Shown piece by piece: positions 60,923 through 64,000 of a stretch of 64,000 bases of DNA. Position numbers and translations under genes: made by a program. The notes below the pieces were generated by a model. It was not told the DNA's origin and did no database searches. It worked only from the letters and a program-made list of their open reading frames with translations. Source of the stretch: a virus. The stretch's first letter is position 1. Each line of letters begins with the position of its first letter. The DNA is taken from the IMG/VR virus record IMGVR_UViG_3300045988_173816, positions 96,001 through 160,000 of that record, one strand, 5' to 3'.

Positions 60923-63917
60923 GAATGATTTGACACAAGAAACAGAATACTACAAAGCTATAAACTGGAACGCCATTGAGGATGTAGTCGATAAGGCGAC
61001 TTGGGAGAAACTAACTGAACAGTTTTGGTTAGACACTCGTATTCCTTTATCTAATGATTTAGATGATTGGCGCAGATTATCTGAGAAAGAGCGAGACTTG
61101 GTAGGTAAAGTATTTGGTGGGTTGACTTTGCTTGACACTTTGCAGTCGGTGGATGGGGTATCTGCAATAAAACCTGATGTTCGCACTCAACATGAAGAAG
61201 CAGTGTTGAACAATATTGAGTTTATGGAGTGTTATACGAAAGACCATAAACTTCTAACGATTGATAGAGGTTGGGTTCCTGTAAATCAGATTAAAGAAGG
61301 AGACATTGTTTTAGCTTATAATAAAGAGACTGAGACAACTCGATTTGAGAGAGTAAGTCAAACTTCTAGTCATTTTGCGGAGTCTATTTACCATATTCAT
61401 GCGAAGAATTTTGATTTGAGAGTTTCAGGCGGTCACCGTATGTTATTTGAGAAAGCCCAGAACTCTCGTTACCGTAAAGATTCGTGGGATACTTATACTT
61501 CTCATGTATTAGAAGCGCGAGAGTTTGCAGATTTACCTAAAAACCCCTCTAGACGTTTGGTGTTAGCTCGCTCCTTTGAATCTGAAAAGAAGATTCCTTT
61601 AAGCTTACAGGAACAATTCTATATTCTATTAAGAGAGCGTTCCCACATTAACCCTACAGATCAGATTAGAATCAATCGCTATATAGAGAATAAAGGTAAG
61701 GTTCGAGCAAACACTTGTACAGTTATATTTACTTTTCAGTCAGAAGATAAGATTCAAAATTTGTATAATTTGTGTGAGGCTTTAGGTTATTCAGTTAAAT
61801 TAAGTTCCTTAGAGGTGAGGTCTGAGACTTATAAAAGATTTCTGGTATCAATTCCTTTGGAGGATTATATAAAGAACCACTATGACATTTTAACTTACCA
61901 AGACTTCTTTTCTTTAGATGACTTTGATAGTAATAAAGCAGATTCTTTTATTCAATATTTAACTTATTGGTGTACTCGACAAGAAGTTGGAGTTGAGGGT
62001 ACTTTGAGGAGAGTTCTCTACTATACACGAAGTTATGAAGATTGGAATTTTGTACAAGCACTTGCAACTTTAGCGGGTCATGCTTTCAGAAAAATGATTA
62101 CAGATTCCACATCTAAGTTATCGAAAGCTAAATTGTACACAGTTGGAATCTGTATGACTGAGAAACAGAACTATCTGCAGTTGACAAGAGTAAAAACAGA
62201 TATACTTGAAGGAGAGCAAGTTTACGGTATCGAGGTTCCGTCTAGTTTCTTGGTGGTCTTAGCGGGAGATAAACCTGTAATTTCAGGCAACTGTGTCCAC
62301 GCTAAATCTTACTCATCAATTTTCTCCACTTTGAACACAAAATCAGAAATTGAAGAAATTTTTGAGTGGACTGCAAACAATCAACACCTCCAAAAGAAAG
62401 CTGAAATTATCAAGCGTATTTATGACACAGGAACGCCTTTACAGAAGAAAGTCGCAAGTGTGTTTTTAGAGTCTTTCCTTTTCTATTCAGGTTTCTTTAC
62501 ACCTTTGTGGTACTTAGGAAACAATAAACTTCCGAATGTAGCTGAGATTATTAAGCTTATTATTCGAGATGAGTGTCTGACAAAAGACCAAGAGGTACTA
62601 ACCCCTAAAGGTTGGGTATCCGTTGCGGATATTCGCCTTCAAGACTTGGTTTTGCAATTCGATAGAGAAACTCGCAGAACAAACTTCGCCCCAGTTTTAA
62701 CAATTTCCACAGACTATGCTCCTAAGCTTTACAATTTCAAATCTCAACTTGGTTATGTCGATTTGACTTGTAGCCCTAAGCATAGATTGATTCGGAAAGC
62801 CATTACAAGTGACGGTTTAGTAACTCGAACTGCTGAGACAAATTTCGGACAAACTTCTTCTTGGTTACATTCAACCCCTTTGCTTACAAAGGTTGACGGA
62901 GCAACTTCGCTAACGGATTGGGAGAAGTTCTACCTCCTTATGTCTCGTTATGGTACACTCACTCAACAAGCTCAACAGATTGATTTAGTTGTAAGTAGTG
63001 GTAAGGCGGATGAGATTGAACGCTTTAAAGCTCTATTTGACCGTTTAGGTTTAGACTATGTAGCTTATAATTACAAATACGGAAACGGCAATATGATTCG
63101 TATTTCTGATGTTCCTAATCAGGGTATCGACATAAACAAGCTCAAATTGCTACCTAAAAGAAATTTAAACGAAGTTACTTTAGAGTGGTGCCAAGATTAT
63201 CTGAATACTTTATTTGAGTGGGTAGGTTCAAATGAGTGTGAAACTTCTCTCAACTACTATTCAACACATAAGCAGTACATTGATTATGTTCAAAGCTTGT
63301 GTACACTGGTTGGGTATAAAACAAGAATTTCTGTTGTAAAAGGTAGTGACCCTTATACAGTTGAGGGTGTTAAGAACTACTGTCTTCACGTTATTAAAAA
63401 CTGTTCACTCACTGCAGGAACCTCAGTTGTTCGTACTGAGGTTAAAGGTGCGCAAGTCTACGGTATCCAAGTTCCGTCAGGGTATTTGGTAACACGTGGA
63501 AAAGGTGGTTCTGTAGTTATAACAGGTAATAGTGTCCACGGAACCTACATTGGTTACAAGTTCCAATTAGCCTTTAATGAGTTGTCTGAGGAAGAGCAAG
63601 AAGAGTTAAAAGCTTGGACTTATGATTTACTTTACGAACTTTATGAGAATGAAGAAAAATACACCGAAGAGCTATATGATGATATTGGTTGGACAGAAGA
63701 AGTGAAGACTTTCCTTCGTTACAATGCTAACAAAGCACTTATGAATTTAGGACTTGACCCTCTGTTCCCAGAGAGTGCAGAAGATGTCAATCCAATTATC
63801 ATGAATGGTATTTCGACAGGAACTTCTAACCATGATTTCTTCTCACAAGTTGGGAATGGGTATCTGTTGGGGCAAGTGGAAGCTATGACCGATGAGGATT
63901 ACACTGTTGGTTTATAA
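60900..63917 (+). CDS. nrdF: ribonucleotide reductase beta subunit (NrdF/R2) interrupted by two inteins. Mature protein about 332 aa.
   Basis: Exteins are AINWN..FWLDTRIPLSNDL..HEEAVLNNIEFME | CVHAKSYSSIFSTL...IIKLIIRDE | SVHGTYIGYKFQ. Both EXXH diiron-ligand motifs are present once the inteins are removed. The start could be TTG-60930. Confidence 0.95.
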   Translation: MKLQLESENDLTQETEYYKAINWNAIEDVVDKATWEKLTEQFWLDTRIPLSNDLDDWRRLSEKERDLVGKVFGGLTLLDTLQSVDGVSAIKPDVRTQHEEAVLNNIEFMECYTKDHKLLTIDRGWVPVNQIKEGDIVLAYNKETETTRFERVSQTSSHFAESIYHIHAKNFDLRVSGGHRMLFEKAQNSRYRKDSWDTYTSHVLEAREFADLPKNPSRRLVLARSFESEKKIPLSLQEQFYILLRERSHINPTDQIRINRYIENKGKVRANTCTVIFTFQSEDKIQNLYNLCEALGYSVKLSSLEVRSETYKRFLVSIPLEDYIKNHYDILTYQDFFSLDDFDSNKADSFIQYLTYWCTRQEVGVEGTLRRVLYYTRSYEDWNFVQALATLAGHAFRKMITDSTSKLSKAKLYTVGICMTEKQNYLQLTRVKTDILEGEQVYGIEVPSSFLVVLAGDKPVISGNCVHAKSYSSIFSTLNTKSEIEEIFEWTANNQHLQKKAEIIKRIYDTGTPLQKKVASVFLESFLFYSGFFTPLWYLGNNKLPNVAEIIKLIIRDECLTKDQEVLTPKGWVSVADIRLQDLVLQFDRETRRTNFAPVLTISTDYAPKLYNFKSQLGYVDLTCSPKHRLIRKAITSDGLVTRTAETNFGQTSSWLHSTPLLTKVDGATSLTDWEKFYLLMSRYGTLTQQAQQIDLVVSSGKADEIERFKALFDRLGLDYVAYNYKYGNGNMIRISDVPNQGIDINKLKLLPKRNLNEVTLEWCQDYLNTLFEWVGSNECETSLNYYSTHKQYIDYVQSLCTLVGYKTRISVVKGSDPYTVEGVKNYCLHVIKNCSLTAGTSVVRTEVKGAQVYGIQVPSGYLVTRGKGGSVVITGNSVHGTYIGYKFQLAFNELSEEEQEELKAWTYDLLYELYENEEKYTEELYDDIGWTEEVKTFLRYNANKALMNLGLDPLFPESAEDVNPIIMNGISTGTSNHDFFSQVGNGYLLGQVEAMTDEDYTVGL
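61230..62291 (+). mobile_element. NrdF intein 1 (354 aa)
   Basis: Starts CYTKDHKLLTIDRGWVPV and ends VISGN, followed by the +1 Cys. Large enough for an endonuclease domain, but no clear LAGLIDADG or HNH motif was seen. Confidence 0.85.
62574..63530 (+). mobile_element. NrdF intein 2 (319 aa), paralogous to intein 1
   Basis: Starts CLTKDQEVLTPKGWVSV and ends VVITGN, followed by the +1 Ser. The C-block AQVYGIQVPSGYLV aligns with EQVYGIEVPSSFLV of intein 1. Confidence 0.85.
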
Positions 63918-63941
63918 AATGACTTAAATTAAAGTTTCCCC

Positions 63942-63970
63942 TTGACAACTCCTCTAATTTGTGCTATACT
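63942..63970 (+). promoter_or_regulatory. sigma-A type promoter (reads out of the window)
   Basis: TTGACA, 17 bp spacer, TGcTATACT. Confidence 0.7.
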
Positions 63971-64000
63971 ATAAACATACTTGGCATAAGGGTGTTCCTT

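Noticed and set aside
1-64000. A search for tRNA/rRNA genes, an integrase/att site, terminase/capsid genes, T4SS/relaxase genes, reverse transcriptase (retron/DGR) and cas genes.
   Set aside because: None was recognised in the ORF translations or the intergenic regions. The element type (prophage, plasmid or ICE) therefore cannot be decided from this window.

Overview
About 35% GC. Every credible gene lies on the + strand, forming a tightly packed block of roughly 90 genes. The content points to a low-GC Gram-positive (Lactobacillales/Bacillales-like) mobile element, most like the accessory or early region of a large SPbeta-like temperate phage or a phage-like megaplasmid. This cannot be settled here because the window has no capsid, terminase, integrase or T4SS genes. 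Recognisable genes: a 5'-3' exonuclease/FEN; three orphan DNA methyltransferases, one of them an SPbeta/SPR-type C5-MTase split by a LAGLIDADG intein at its catalytic Cys; RNase H1; class I RNR beta subunit NrdF carrying two related inteins; a secreted glucosaminidase-type peptidoglycan hydrolase; two giant YSIRK/LPXTG adhesins (one frameshifted); a P-loop kinase; a MATE-like membrane protein; DUF3310 and DUF3850 proteins; and two TnpB nucleases without TnpA. One TnpB sits behind a group I ribozyme core, an IStron-like arrangement. Most remaining genes are unknown small proteins in tandem paralog arrays, several of them decayed. The region is cut into short operons by about 19 near-consensus sigma-A promoters (TTGACA-17 bp-TGnTATAAT), many placed directly behind intrinsic terminators. 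The most unusual signal is the hexamer GGTATC. By hand count it occurs about 93 times on the coding strand versus about 5 times on the other, in all codon phases and in intergenic DNA, and it is missing from the inserted selfish elements. All motif counts and hairpins were made by eye and all family calls come from remembered motifs, so both need computational confirmation.
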